Source: an uncultured Alphaproteobacteria bacterium (GTDB taxonomy: Bacteria > Pseudomonadota > Alphaproteobacteria > Acetobacterales > Acetobacteraceae). From it: DNA of 64,000 bases. The notes under the pieces are model-generated. The model was given only the letters and a program-made list of their open reading frames with translations, was not told the DNA's origin and made no database searches. The DNA is taken from assembly GCA_963812075.1 (NCBI GenBank), contig CAWETN010000011.1:86953-150952 (forward strand), given 5' to 3'. This document shows positions 39,833-50,293 of this stretch, piece after piece. Positions within the stretch are counted from its first letter, which is position 1; each line of letters opens with the position of its first letter. The translations under genes were made by a program, and so were the position numbers.

Positions 39833-39964
39833 CGGATGCTCATGCGCCCAATTCTGGAATCTGCGGCGGCCGAGCCACATCTTGCGATTGCGGGATCTGG
39901 CCCGCGCCTCGCTGATTGCGATCGTCCGGACAGACCTTCGCGGTTCCATGTCTGGAGGCTGACA

Positions 39965-40400
39965 ATGCTTATAAGCGATGTCCTGAGCGCGAAGGGCCAC
40001 GACGTGGTCAAGGTGCGCCCGTTCGCGCACGTCGTGACCGCGGTGCGCAAGCTGGCCGAATTTCGCATCGGCGCGCTGGTCGTCGAGAGCCAGTGGATGC
40101 GGCCGATCGGCATCTTCTCCGAGCGGGACTTCGTGAATGCCATCGCCCGGGACGGCGCGGCGGCCCTGGGCTTTGAGGTGCACCAGCTGATGTCCTCACC
40201 GATCCTCAGCTGCCTGTCGAGCGATCGGATCGACGCGGTGCTGGCCAGAATCGACTCTGGCCAAGGTCCGTCACATGCCGGTCATCGACCGCGCCGAACT
40301 CGTTGGCATCGTCAGCATCGGCGACCTGGTGAAGCACCGGCTGGATGAAAAGGAACTCGAGGCCAACGTGCTGCTCGAGCTGTCGCGCATGCGCGCCTGA
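39965..40400 (+). pseudogene. CBS-domain pair protein; one frame change near 40250-40256
   Basis: MLISDVLSAKGHDVVKVRPFAHVVTAVRKLAEFRIGALVVES..GIFSERDFVNAI / TLAKVRHMPVIDRAELVGIVSIGDLVKHRLDEKE. The length of 436 nt is not a multiple of 3. Confidence 0.75.
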
Positions 40401-40408
40401 CGCAGCGA

Positions 40409-40879
40409 TCAGCTGCGCACCGGCGCCGGCGGCGCATGGGGCGCGACCGGCGGGCCGTAGATCTGCCGTGCGCGCCGGTTGAAGGCGCCGACCATGCGCC
40501 GCACCGCCTCGTTGAACACCACGCCGATCGCCGCCTGGAGGATGCGGCTGCGGAATTCGAACTCCACGAAGAAGGCAACCTGGCAGCCCTGCGGATGCGC
40601 GACGAACTCCCACTGGTTGTTCAGGTAGCGGAACGGGCCGGTTTCGTAGCGCACCTTCACCCGATGCGGCCGGTCGAGCGTGACCCGGCTGGTGAAGCTT
40701 TCACGGAACGGGCCGAAGCCGATCGTGAGGTCGGCGACCAACTCGGCTTCGGTGCGGCTGCGCACGCGCGCGGCGACGCACCACGGGAGGAACTCGGGGT
40801 ACTTGCCGACATCGGCCACCAGTTCGAACAGCTGGTCGGGCCGGTACGGGACGACCTGTTTCTCGGCGTGGGTGGGCAT
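40409..40879 (-). CDS. SRPBCC-fold COQ10/RatA-family (ubiquinone-binding-like) protein
   Basis: 156 aa. VPYRPDQLFELVADVGKYPEFLPWC...FRYLNNQWEF. It lies immediately downstream of lipA, the usual alphaproteobacterial synteny. Confidence 0.8.
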   Translation of the reverse strand: MPTHAEKQVVPYRPDQLFELVADVGKYPEFLPWCVAARVRSRTEAELVADLTIGFGPFRESFTSRVTLDRPHRVKVRYETGPFRYLNNQWEFVAHPQGCQVAFFVEFEFRSRILQAAIGVVFNEAVRRMVGAFNRRARQIYGPPVAPHAPPAPVRS

Positions 40880-41866
40880 CTAGGCGTGCGGTCCCGCGCC
40901 CGTCACGCCGCCGCCCGCCTTGCCGCGGGCGTCGCGCAGGGCAGCGAAGTCGGCGTCGGCGTGATACGAACTACGGGTCAGCGGGGTCGCGGAGACCAGC
41001 AGGAATCCCTTGCCGCGTGCCAGTGCCGCGTAGTCGGCGAACTCGTCGGGCGTGACGAACCGGTCGACCGCGGCGTGCTTCACGCTGGGCTGCAGGTACT
41101 GGCCGATGGTGAGGAAATCCACCTCGGCCGCCCGCAGGTCGTCCATCACCTGCATGATCTCGACGCGCGACTCGCCCAGCCCGACCATCAGCCCGGACTT
41201 GGTGAAGATCGACGGGTCGAGCTGCTTCACCCGGTGCAGCAGCGACAGCGAGGCGAAGTAGCGCGCGCCCGGGCGGACGGTCGGATAAAGTCGCGGCACC
41301 GTCTCCAGGTTGTGATTGTGCACGTCGGGGCGGGCCTCCACCACGCGCTCGACTGCGCCGGGCTTGCGCAGGAAGTCGGGCGTGAGGACCTCGATCGTGG
41401 TGCTGGGGGTCGCGGCGCGGATGGCGCGGATGGTGGCAGCGAAATGGCCGGCGCCGCCGTCGGGCAGGTCGTCGCGATCGACCGAGGTGACCACGACATG
41501 CGCCAGCCCCAGCCTGGCCACGGCATCGGCGACACGGTCGGGCTCGTCGGCGGCCAGCGCGCCCGGTTGGCCGGTGGCGACATTGCAGAACGCGCAGGCC
41601 CGCGTGCAGACGTCGCCCATGATCATCATGGTGGCGTGGCGCTGCGACCAGCACTCGCCGATGTTGGGGCAGGCGGCCTCCTCGCACACGGTGACCAGGC
41701 CGTTGGCCCGCATCAGCGCGCGGGTCTCGTGGTAGACCGGGTGGGTGGGCGCCTTCACCCGGATCCAGGCGGGTTTGCGCTGGATCGGGTTGTCCGGCCG
41801 GTGCGCCTTCTCCGGATGGCGTGGGGCCGGCGTCGTGCGGTGGTCGATGATCAGGCGGGTTGCCAT
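40880..41866 (-). CDS. lipA: lipoyl synthase
   Basis: 328 aa. [13 protein letters not shown] (auxiliary cluster) and [10 protein letters not shown] (radical-SAM CxxxCxxC), plus SVDRDDL and LTIGQYL. Confidence 0.95.
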   Translation of the reverse strand: MATRLIIDHRTTPAPRHPEKAHRPDNPIQRKPAWIRVKAPTHPVYHETRALMRANGLVTVCEEAACPNIGECWSQRHATMMIMGDVCTRACAFCNVATGQPGALAADEPDRVADAVARLGLAHVVVTSVDRDDLPDGGAGHFAATIRAIRAATPSTTIEVLTPDFLRKPGAVERVVEARPDVHNHNLETVPRLYPTVRPGARYFASLSLLHRVKQLDPSIFTKSGLMVGLGESRVEIMQVMDDLRAAEVDFLTIGQYLQPSVKHAAVDRFVTPDEFADYAALARGKGFLLVSATPLTRSSYHADADFAALRDARGKAGGGVTGAGPHA

Positions 41867-42037
41867 GGCGAGGCAGATGTGGCGGGGGCCGGGAGGGGCG
41901 TCAAGCAGCGCCGCTGCCGCCGCCCGCCTGGCGCTCGGGACCGGCGAAGTGGGTCAGAGGCGCACGGAGATCGCAGGCGCTTGCCGACGCCGCTGCCGCG
42001 GCGCCAGCGGCAAGCGGCCTCGGGTCTGTGGTGAGGC

Positions 42038-42619
42038 TCAGGCCTGCCGGGGCCGCAGGTCGTTGTTGGTGCGGTGATCGCCTGCCACCCAGCGCGTCAG
42101 CTCGGAATGCGCATCGGCGCGGCGGATCGCATCGATCTGTTCCACGCCGGGCGGATCGACGGTGAACTCGACGATCAGCCCGTCGGGTGAGGTCGCATAC
42201 ACCGACTTGCAGTAGCCGTGGTCGCTCTCGCGGAACGTCTCGCCGGCGCGCTGCAGGCGGGCGACGATCTCGTTATAGGTGCGGTCCGACACCTTGAATG
42301 CCACGTGGTCGAAGCTGCCGACCACCGGCGGCTTCTCGGCGATCACCAGCTTGTAGACGTCCGGATCGCCGAACGAGAAGAACGCCAGCGCGCCGCCGTC
42401 GCCCATGCCGAAGAAGGTGTGGCACATCGCAACCTCGCGGTTGAGCCAGGTGTTGTGGTGGCTCTCGCACCAGGTGGCGACCAGCGGGATGCCGAGAAGG
42501 TCCTCGAAGAACTGCCGGTTCTTCTCCTGGTCGCGCACGACATACGCATGATGATGCAGACGCTGCGGCGGTTCCGCCAGCAGCGCGGGCTTCTCCCGGA
42601 CGGCTTCGGCGACGGACAT
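42038..42619 (-). CDS. VOC-family (glyoxalase/extradiol dioxygenase fold) protein
   Basis: Track ORF 42038..42676 trimmed to MSVAEAVREK, which has a GGAGGAG SD. LHHHAYVVRD and FDHVAFKV are the paired betaalphabetabetabeta-module hallmarks. Confidence 0.7.
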   Translation of the reverse strand: MSVAEAVREKPALLAEPPQRLHHHAYVVRDQEKNRQFFEDLLGIPLVATWCESHHNTWLNREVAMCHTFFGMGDGGALAFFSFGDPDVYKLVIAEKPPVVGSFDHVAFKVSDRTYNEIVARLQRAGETFRESDHGYCKSVYATSPDGLIVEFTVDPPGVEQIDAIRRADAHSELTRWVAGDHRTNNDLRPRQA

Positions 42620-42699
42620 GGCGGCGCTCCTCCTGTCGTTCGCACGAAGCTTGCCCGCGCCATGGCATGCAAGCAAGCTCGTGGTGGAGGAAACGACAC

Positions 42700-43983
42700 A
42701 TGCACAATCGCCGGCTCTGGATCTGCGTGTTTCTGTTCACGCTGACGTTGATCAACTACACCGACCGCGTCGCGCTGTCGGTGGCCGTGACGCCGATCTC
42801 TGCCGAGTTCGGCCTGTCGAAGGTCGCGATGGGCTACCTGCTTTCCTCCTTCCTCTGGATGTATGTGCTGTGCCTGATCCCGGTCGGGCTGCTGGTCGAT
42901 CGCTTCGGCGGCAAGCGGGTGAACGCGGCCGGCATCGGCATCTGGTCGACCGCCACGGTGCTCACCGGCTTCACCACCGGCTTCGTTTCGATGGCGGCGA
43001 CGCGCATCGTGATGGGCATGGGCGAATCCACCAGCTGGCCCGCCTGCAATCGGGTGATCCGCGAGTGGTTCCCCGCCTCCGAGCGCGGCTTCGCCAACGC
43101 GGTGTTCGGCGCGGGCGCAGCGGCAGGACCGGCGATCGGCGCCGTGCTGGTCTCCGCCATCGTCGCGTGGCTTGGCTGGCGCGCCGGCTTCTTCGTCGCC
43201 GGCGCGATCGGCTTCGTCTGGCTCGCTGCCTGGTGGCTGGCGTTCGACAAGCCGGAGCGCGTGGGCTGGCTGCGCGCACCCGAGCGCGAACGGATCCTGG
43301 CAGAGCGCGATGTCGAGGCGGTGGCGACGGAGACCGCGTCGCCGCTGCTGCATCTGCTGACGCTGCGCAGCGTGTGGGGCCTGTTCCTGACCCAGGGCTG
43401 CGAGGTCTATGGCGGCTACATGCTGCTGACCTGGCTGCCGAACTACCTGCAGACCGCGAAGGGCTTGTCGGTGCTGAACGCCGGCATGCTGACCGCCGTG
43501 CCGTTCGGCGTGGCGATGGTCGTCGCGGTGGCGCTCGGACATCTCAGCGACCGGCTGCTGTCGCGTGCCGCCGTGCACGCGGGACGGCGGCGCATCATGC
43601 TGTCGGTGATGCTGGTGAGTGCCGCCAGCATCCTGCTGATCCCGCTGGTCGACAATCTGTGGCTGATCGTGCTGATCCTGGCGGTGGCGCGCTCGACCGG
43701 GGCGGCGGGCAGCGCGCTGAACTTCGCGCTGGTGACCGATCTCGTGCGCAACCCGGCCGACGTGGGCAAGGTCACCAGCATCACTGTACTCGGCGGCAAT
43801 TCGTTCGGCATGATGGGGCCGATCGTCACCGGCTACGTCGTGGCGCTGACCGGCAGCTTCAACGGCACGTTCGCGCTGGCTGGCGTGCTGGCGCTGATCG
43901 GTGCGGCGGCGACGCTGACCATGACGCGCCGGCCGATCGAGGGCTATGGCATCGCGTTGCGCGAGGCCACGCAACCGGCATAG
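42700..43983 (+). CDS. MFS transporter (anion:cation symporter/ACS-like)
   Basis: Track ORF 42667..43983 trimmed to the ATG after GGAGGAA. MHNRRLWICVFLFTLTLINYTDRVALSVA and GLLVDRFGGKRV fit the family. 12 TMS pattern. Confidence 0.85.
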   Translation: MHNRRLWICVFLFTLTLINYTDRVALSVAVTPISAEFGLSKVAMGYLLSSFLWMYVLCLIPVGLLVDRFGGKRVNAAGIGIWSTATVLTGFTTGFVSMAATRIVMGMGESTSWPACNRVIREWFPASERGFANAVFGAGAAAGPAIGAVLVSAIVAWLGWRAGFFVAGAIGFVWLAAWWLAFDKPERVGWLRAPERERILAERDVEAVATETASPLLHLLTLRSVWGLFLTQGCEVYGGYMLLTWLPNYLQTAKGLSVLNAGMLTAVPFGVAMVVAVALGHLSDRLLSRAAVHAGRRRIMLSVMLVSAASILLIPLVDNLWLIVLILAVARSTGAAGSALNFALVTDLVRNPADVGKVTSITVLGGNSFGMMGPIVTGYVVALTGSFNGTFALAGVLALIGAAATLTMTRRPIEGYGIALREATQPA

Positions 43984-44003
43984 CGCTCACGACCGCCGCC
44001 GCA

Positions 44004-45184
44004 TCAGAACACCTCGTCCCCGGTCGGTTCGACATGCGGCGTGTTGTTCATGCGCTGGCGGAACTGCGACAGCTCGTAGTACATCCGGCGCCGCGCGCGG
44101 CTCTGATTGCCCAGCGGGCGATGCTCCGGAATGCAGTGCCAGGGATTGAGCGACAGGACGTTGGCGAACGCGAGCTGCGCCGGTGAATCGAATTTCTGCC
44201 GCGGGATGTGCACGCGCGCGGCGGGGACGAATGGCGACAGCTTCTCGGGCCAGCGCACCGCCGCATTCTCGATCGGCATGCGGAACGGATCGGTCTGCAC
44301 CTGCAGCATCAGGTCGAACTCGACGTCCTGCTCGGCCAAAGTCTTCACCATGTTGTCGTGCAGATAGTTGTCGGGCGGCCGCAGCGGCAGGCGGGGAATC
44401 CTTCGGTACACCTGCGAGCGTGGATACATCGAGTACATCATCGCCTGCCCTTCGCCCAGCAGGTAGGGCACGCAGCTCCAGTAGCGTTCGCCCAGCGGGT
44501 TGTACTGCGTCTTGTTCCATAACGACTGCATCAGCCCGTCGAGCAGGTGCGAATCATGCGGATCGGCGAAGTAATACAGCGGGCGGCCCTTCAGGATCCA
44601 CTGCTGGAGCTTGGCGTTCGCCACCACCGTCGGCGTGACGAAGGTGGGCGTGCAGATCGACAGGAAGTCCTGGGTGTGCGCCTCGTCGTCCAGCAGCTTG
44701 GGTCCCGGCACGCCCATCATCTTGATCGCCATGCTGACGAAGCCGACATCGTCGATGTCGCGCGGCCAGTCGGGGCCTGGACCGAGTACCGCACATACGC
44801 CCGATAGCTGCGCGGTTCGGCGAACACTCCGCGCCGCATGTGCGCGGGCAGGTCGTCGCGGACCGTCACGGTGGCGCGCACCACGCCGTGCGTCTTGGTG
44901 TTGCCGGCACGCTGGTAGTTTCCCGGCTGCCAATGCTGACGCATATACGCGGCCATCGTATCGATGATGGTCTGCAGCGCCGCGTCCTCGCCGGGCAGCG
45001 CCCGCTCTTCGGCGAGTTGCAGCCCCTCGTCCCGGCGCTGGCTGTTGATCAGGTACTGGATCAGGTTGGCCACCGGCTCGCGCAGCACCGCATCGACGGC
45101 TGGACGGAAGAACGGTTCGAACCGCCGCTCCACATGCAGTCCGAACACGACGGCATCGTGCAATGCCTGCCAGAAACTCGGCAT
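44004..45184 (-). pseudogene. catalase-related haem protein (short catalase-family member); one frame change near 44782-44790
   Basis: MPSFWQALHD...QRAGNTKTHGVVRATVTVRDDLP..GVFAEPRSYRAYVR / SGPGPDWPRDIDDVGFVSMAIKMMG...FRMPIENAAVRWPE...ARRRMYYELSQFR. The pieces lie in track ORFs 44717..45205 and 44004..45251. Confidence 0.65.
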
Positions 45185-45313
45185 CGGACGTCTCCCCAAC
45201 GGCATGTCGTGCGGTCACGAAAGCCTGATTCAGACGGCGAGAGCAAGACAAAATGATTGCATGCCAGTTTGTTGCACGGGTAAGTTGCGCGCGCGACTAA
45301 GGGGGAGGGAACG

Positions 45314-45748
45314 ATGCCGTACGACGTGCAGCAGCTGCTCAAGATGTCGCAGGCCGAGCTCGATGCGCTGTTCACCGCCAGTGAGGCAGGTCCGATTCCC
45401 GACGGTCAGGCGGAAGGCACCGCCATCGTCGCACCTGGCACGACATTCAGCTCCGACATCGCCAGGTTCGTCAGCGTATTCGCGTGGCAGGGCAAGGTGT
45501 TCGACGCCAAGGCCGGCTTGCTGCGCAATCGCATCGGACCGTTCGGGCTGAATGCCATCATCGCCAAGGTCTACAAGGCGCCGAGTTGGCTGGACAACAA
45601 GGAGTGCATCGTCCTCGACTACTCCGAAACCTCGATGGTCGCGCACTGGATACGCGACGAGATCCGGCTCATCCAGCCGCCGGGCCTCTATCTGGGGAAA
45701 GTGTACTGGGACAAGTCGCGGCTGATCGACTTCGCGCTGCAGTTCTGA
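45314..45748 (+). CDS. conserved hypothetical protein (144 aa)
   Basis: Intact track ORF with a GGGGGAGGG SD. MPYDVQQLLKMSQAELDALF...GKVYWDKSRLIDFALQF. I recognise no family. Confidence 0.55.
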   Translation: MPYDVQQLLKMSQAELDALFTASEAGPIPDGQAEGTAIVAPGTTFSSDIARFVSVFAWQGKVFDAKAGLLRNRIGPFGLNAIIAKVYKAPSWLDNKECIVLDYSETSMVAHWIRDEIRLIQPPGLYLGKVYWDKSRLIDFALQF

Positions 45749-45803
45749 GGGCGCGGTCCGCGGCATGAGCCGCGTCGCCTGTGCCCGGGCTGCGCAGCTG
45801 CGC

Positions 45804-47639
45804 CTATGCGCCGTCGGCTGATCGCGCTGCATCCGCCAGGATCATGTCCGCCGCCTTCTCCGCCACCATGTAGACCGCACCGACGATGAAGAAGCCGGGA
45901 ATGCGCGGGAACACCGACGCATCGACGACGCGCAGCCGCTCGGTGCCGTGCACGCGCAGCCGGCTGTCGAGCACGCCGTCGCCGTCGCGCGGCCCGATGG
46001 CGCAGGTGCAGGAGGCGTGGTGCCCCCAGGCGTTGTCGCGCACGTAGTCGGCAAGCTGTTCGTCGGTCTGCACCGCGTCGCCCGGCAGTTCCTCCTCGCG
46101 GATCAGCCCCTTCTCCCGCAGTTCCGCGGATATGCGCCGCACGAAGCGCAGCGCCGTCACCACGGCCTTCAGATCGGCTCCTGCGGTATCGTCGCCTTCG
46201 TCGAAGTAGCGGAAATCGACCTCCGGCGTGTCGCGCGGATCGGCGGAGCGCAGCGTCACGGAGCCTGCGCGGTTGCTGGTGTGCGCCTTCAGCACCGCCC
46301 AGGTCAGGTAGTCGTGGTGTTCGGCGACGAGGCGCGAATAGCCCGGGAAGTAGCCCGCGAACTTCGCCAGCAGCGCCATGCAGAACAGGTCGGGCGCCGG
46401 CAGGTCCGGCTGCGACCGCAGCGATACCGCGAGCGCGGCACCGTTCGAGACATACATGCCGGTCCGGTCGCGCGACCATTCCGCGAACAGCCGGTCATCG
46501 CGCGTGAAGTCCGCGCCGGTGAGCACGCGCCAGGGCTGCGCCATGCGGTTGACGACGCCGATCTCGTAGCGGTCCTGCAGGTTGCGGCCGACGCCCGGCA
46601 GGTCGACCCGCGTCGCTATCCCCTGGCGCTGCAGCTCCAAGCCCGGGCCGACGCCCGACAGCATGAGCAGCTGCGGCGTGTTGAAGGCGCCGCCGGCGAG
46701 GATCACCTCGCGTCGCGCACGGACGGTACGGGGCTCGCCGGCAGCATCGGCGGCGCCGGCGTGCGCCCGGTACAGGCGCTCGCCCTTCAGGTACTCCACG
46801 CCGGTCGCCCGGTGGTCGGCGTCGAACAGGACTCGCGTCGCGAGCGCGTTCAGCTCGATGCTGAGCCGGTCCGGGTGACGCGCGGCAACGTCGAGCAGCC
46901 GCTCGCGCGTCCCCACCCTGCGGTGCCGGTCGGTGCTGAGCGGCGTGAAGCACAGCCCGTCGGCGCTGCGGCGGATCAGCCGCGCGTCGTTGGGGTCCAG
47001 CCGCGCCTCCACCAGGCGTCGCAGCGTCCGTCCGATGCGTGTCGAACCGCGCAGCACGCCGATGGCCGATTCGGTCAGCGTCGCCAGCAGGCGCCGATCC
47101 TCGAACACCTGCCACGGCATGGCGCATTCGCTGGGCAGCCAGCCGTCCCAGCCATGCCCGGTGCGATCGAGGCCCAGGCGCGACAGCGCGTGCCAGGCCG
47201 GCCTGTAGCGGCACGCCTCGAGACGCTGGAAGCTGCGGCGCATCTCGGCGGCGCGCCACGACGCGTCGCCGGTCAGCGCGGCGATGCCGTCCCAGTCCAT
47301 GTCGTGCGGCTGCATCAGGATCATCGCGTTGTGCGCGGTGCAGCCGCCGAGGGTGCCGGCCCGCGGATACAGGATGCCGTCCGGCTGCAGCTTGCTGTCC
47401 CGCCGCCGACGGGCCGGATCCGCGTAGTGCTGCACGTAGAAGTCCCAGCGCATGGCCGGGTTCTCCGAGGCGAGCGTGTGGAACGCCGGCACGTCGTAGT
47501 CCTCCGGCAGGCCGGGGCCGCTGCGCGGATCGCCGCCGGCCTCCAGCAGCACGACGCGCATCCCGGCCTCGGCCAGGCGCGCGGCGAGCGTGCCGCCGCC
47601 GGCGCCCGAGCCGACGATCACATAGTCGGGCTCGTTCAT
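45804..47639 (-). CDS. GMC-family FAD-dependent oxidoreductase
   Basis: Intact 611 aa. DYVIVGSGAGGGTLAARLAEAGMRVVLLEAGG is the FAD ADP-binding fold. GGCTAHNAM and the C-terminal HASCTCAIG...VVDASVFP fit the GMC signatures. Confidence 0.9.
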   Translation of the reverse strand: MNEPDYVIVGSGAGGGTLAARLAEAGMRVVLLEAGGDPRSGPGLPEDYDVPAFHTLASENPAMRWDFYVQHYADPARRRRDSKLQPDGILYPRAGTLGGCTAHNAMILMQPHDMDWDGIAALTGDASWRAAEMRRSFQRLEACRYRPAWHALSRLGLDRTGHGWDGWLPSECAMPWQVFEDRRLLATLTESAIGVLRGSTRIGRTLRRLVEARLDPNDARLIRRSADGLCFTPLSTDRHRRVGTRERLLDVAARHPDRLSIELNALATRVLFDADHRATGVEYLKGERLYRAHAGAADAAGEPRTVRARREVILAGGAFNTPQLLMLSGVGPGLELQRQGIATRVDLPGVGRNLQDRYEIGVVNRMAQPWRVLTGADFTRDDRLFAEWSRDRTGMYVSNGAALAVSLRSQPDLPAPDLFCMALLAKFAGYFPGYSRLVAEHHDYLTWAVLKAHTSNRAGSVTLRSADPRDTPEVDFRYFDEGDDTAGADLKAVVTALRFVRRISAELREKGLIREEELPGDAVQTDEQLADYVRDNAWGHHASCTCAIGPRDGDGVLDSRLRVHGTERLRVVDASVFPRIPGFFIVGAVYMVAEKAADMILADAARSADGA

Positions 47640-47703
47640 CGCGCCGGAGCGTGATGATTGAAGGCGGCATCGCCGGAGATCTGAATCACGCGACCAAACA
47701 TAG

Positions 47704-50170
47704 TCAGAACGTCTTCAGGAACTCGATCAACGCCCGCTTGTCGCTGTCGCTGAGCGCCGGTTCGCCGGCGATGAGGCCGGTGCCGAAGTAGTGTCCGCGG
47801 TTGACCTCGAAGTCGGGGCACTTGTTCAGCGCCAGCAGCGCCGGTCCCAGCCGGTCGGCGATCCCGTTCACCATCTGCTCGTCCGTTGCCCCGGCCGGCA
47901 GCGTCGCGAGATACAGCTTGAGATCGACCAGCAGCCGCAGCAGGCGCTCGACGTGCCGCGCGACCACCAGCGGATCCTTGCTCTCCGGCAGCGGCTGGAG
48001 GTTGGACAGCAGGTTGACCGGCAGCCCCTTCGGGAACGGTCCGATGGTGAGGCCGCCGTCCGATCGGAACACCGACGGCAGGATCCGGCTTAGCCTGGCG
48101 GCCAGCGCACGCAGCGCGTCGGGCACGTAGTCGCCCGGCATGCTGATGAAGCTTCGCTCCGTCGTGCGGTCGATGGCATAGATCGGATCGCCGGCGTTCC
48201 TGCTGCCCAGTGCCGGGTCGTGCACGCGCTTCTCCGGCCACAGCATCTGCTCGATCGAGGCCTGGAACACCCGCATCCGGGCATCCACCGACGGGTCCTG
48301 CTCGAACGCCTCGCCGCCGACCGTGTTGTTCAGCAGGAAGGGGGCGGTGGACCACAGGCTGACCAGCGATGGCGGCCGCGTATAGCCACGTCCTCCCGCC
48401 GGCATGGTGTACTTCCAAGGCTTGCCGGTGAACGGATCATGCACCGTGATGGTGCCGACCGAGGGCAGCGTCTTGTAGGACTGGGAGGAGAAGTTGTCCC
48501 AGATGTTCCCGGCCAGCGCGTTGGTCGCCAGCGGGCTGCATGCGTTGGTCTGCAGCAGCGTCACCGGCACGCGCGCCTCGGTGGACAGGAAGTTGCCGTC
48601 GAGGAAGTCGGGTGCGTCGACGATCGCCCGCATCCGCTGCTTGTAGTCGTCGGTCTGCGTCCAGGCCCAGTACTTGTTCCAGCACTGCAGGTAGCCCGGT
48701 CCGGCACAGCCGCCGGGGTCCAGGCCCGACGGCTGGTTTGGGCGCCTTGCTGGAGTGGCAGCGCGCGCAGGTCTCGGCGAACACCGTCTTGCCGCGGTCC
48801 AGCGTGGCGGCGTCCGCGGTCAGGTATTTCGTCCCGCCCGGCGCATCCTTAAGCCGGTCGGGCTTCGCGGCGTTCAGGAAGAACCACGCCGTGTGTGGCG
48901 TCCAGGCTTCGGTCGCCTGCCAGTAGCTGGAGTTCTTCTCCGCGTCGGAAATCCTGATCGGCGAGATCTCCTTGCCGCCGATCACCGGGCGGAAGTGCAG
49001 CAGCCATTCCTCGCTGAACAGGCCGATATTCAGATAGACGCGGTTCAGCGCGCCCAGTGCTCCCACCGAATCCGAGCCATCCTTCAGCACGCGCGGCGCC
49101 CAGGCGGTGTTCGGTTTCTGGAAGAACTGCGTCAGCGGTCCGCTGGCGAGATAGTCGTTGAACTGCTTGTTGTTCAGCTGCCCGTCGGCCAGCTGCTCGC
49201 GGCCCCAGCGCAGCGCCTGGGTCAGCCGGTCGCCCAGGCTGTACACCGCGTTCATCGTCCGCGGGTTGTTGATGTAGTCGGTGGAGACCAGCGAGGTGTC
49301 CATCGCGCCCGGCCGGTAGGTGTGCACCAGCTGGAAGAAGTAGTTGTCGGGATTGGCGCGATAGATGAACAGCCGGTCCACCCACATGTACTGGGCGCCG
49401 ACCGTGGAACTGAGATCCGCCCATTGCGGATTGGCGGGATCCGCCGGCGGGTGCACCGGGCTCGGCCCGACATGGCAGAAGCCGCACGACATGCCGATGC
49501 GGTACGGCCGCACCATCGCACTGTCGCCGGCGAAATACTTCGCCGGATCCCACTTCGCCTTCGCCGCATCGTCGAACGCGGGGTTCGGGAACAGCCGCAG
49601 CCCGACGATGCCGCTGGCATAGCCGTACAGCGAGCCGACCGGCACGGTGCTGCCGCGCGCACCGACCTTCACGCCGGGGTACTTCGCCTCGTTCTCGAAC
49701 GGATCGGCGGGGCAGCCCGTCTTGCGCACGTCGAACATCAGGCCGAAGCGGTCGGCGACGGGCGCGGTCGGCGCCTCCATGCAGGGCTCGTTGATCAGGC
49801 CCAGCCGCTTCCAGCGCTCGGCGCGGTCGATCGGCTTGCCCGGGTCGTAGGCGACGATCTTCAGCAGGTCGAAGGCACCGAACGTGTAGGACGTCATGCT
49901 GTCCCAGAACCGGTCGTTGCCGCCGGTCCACACGATCCAGGTGTTGCGGCCGAGGACCGGGTCCAGCTTCGTGGCCGGGTCGGTCTTCAGGTCGGCGCCG
50001 CCATCCATGTCATGAAAATAGTCCTCGACAGGAGCCGGCAGGGACGCCGCACTGCGGCCGGCCTGCCGTGCCTCGTCGAGCACCTTGCCGGGATCGCCGG
50101 CGCCGGAAACCGTCAGCAGGCAGCACAGCAGCAGCACACATCTGGCCATAAGCCATTCGAATCGCGGCAT
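47704..50170 (-). pseudogene. large secreted protein (~822 aa) with two CxxCH haem-c motifs; one frame change near 48725-48740
   Basis: The signal peptide is MPRFEWLMARCVLLLCCLLTVSGA. CGFCH is encoded at 49472-49486 and CARCH at 48755-48769. Track ORFs 48437..50170 and 47704..48633 join through ...CARCHSSKAPKP / SGLDPGGCAGPGYLQCWNKYWAWTQTDDYKQRMRAIVDAPDF. The length of 2467 nt is not a multiple of 3. Confidence 0.6.
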
Positions 50171-50260
50171 GATGTCCCCCCTCGGTGGGGGGACTATAGT
50201 GTCATACGCGCGAACTGGAATGTGGCCCGGTTCACAACGGCTGAACGGCCCGCTTCGCCC

Positions 50261-50279
50261 GGAGAGGTGCGGCCTCTCC
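50261..50279 (-). terminator. stem-loop GGAGAGG-TGCGG-CCTCTCC downstream of the anti-sigma gene
   Basis: A perfect 7-bp stem 15 nt after the stop at 50294. No U-tract follows on the minus strand, so it is a weak terminator candidate. Confidence 0.25.
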
Positions 50280-50293
50280 GATGACCGGATCGC

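Noticed and set aside
40409-40879. RatA-family 'toxin' as a possible toxin-antitoxin or defence element
   Set aside because: No antitoxin-like small gene is adjacent. The gene sits in the conserved lipA-COQ10/RatA synteny of alphaproteobacteria, which argues for a housekeeping ubiquinone-related role.
50180-50250. ECF-type promoter (TGAACC...CGTAT) in front of the 822-aa haem protein gene
   Set aside because: The spacer between the putative -35 and -10 is ~20 nt, too long for ECF promoters. Read-through from the anti-sigma gene or another promoter type cannot be distinguished from the sequence alone.
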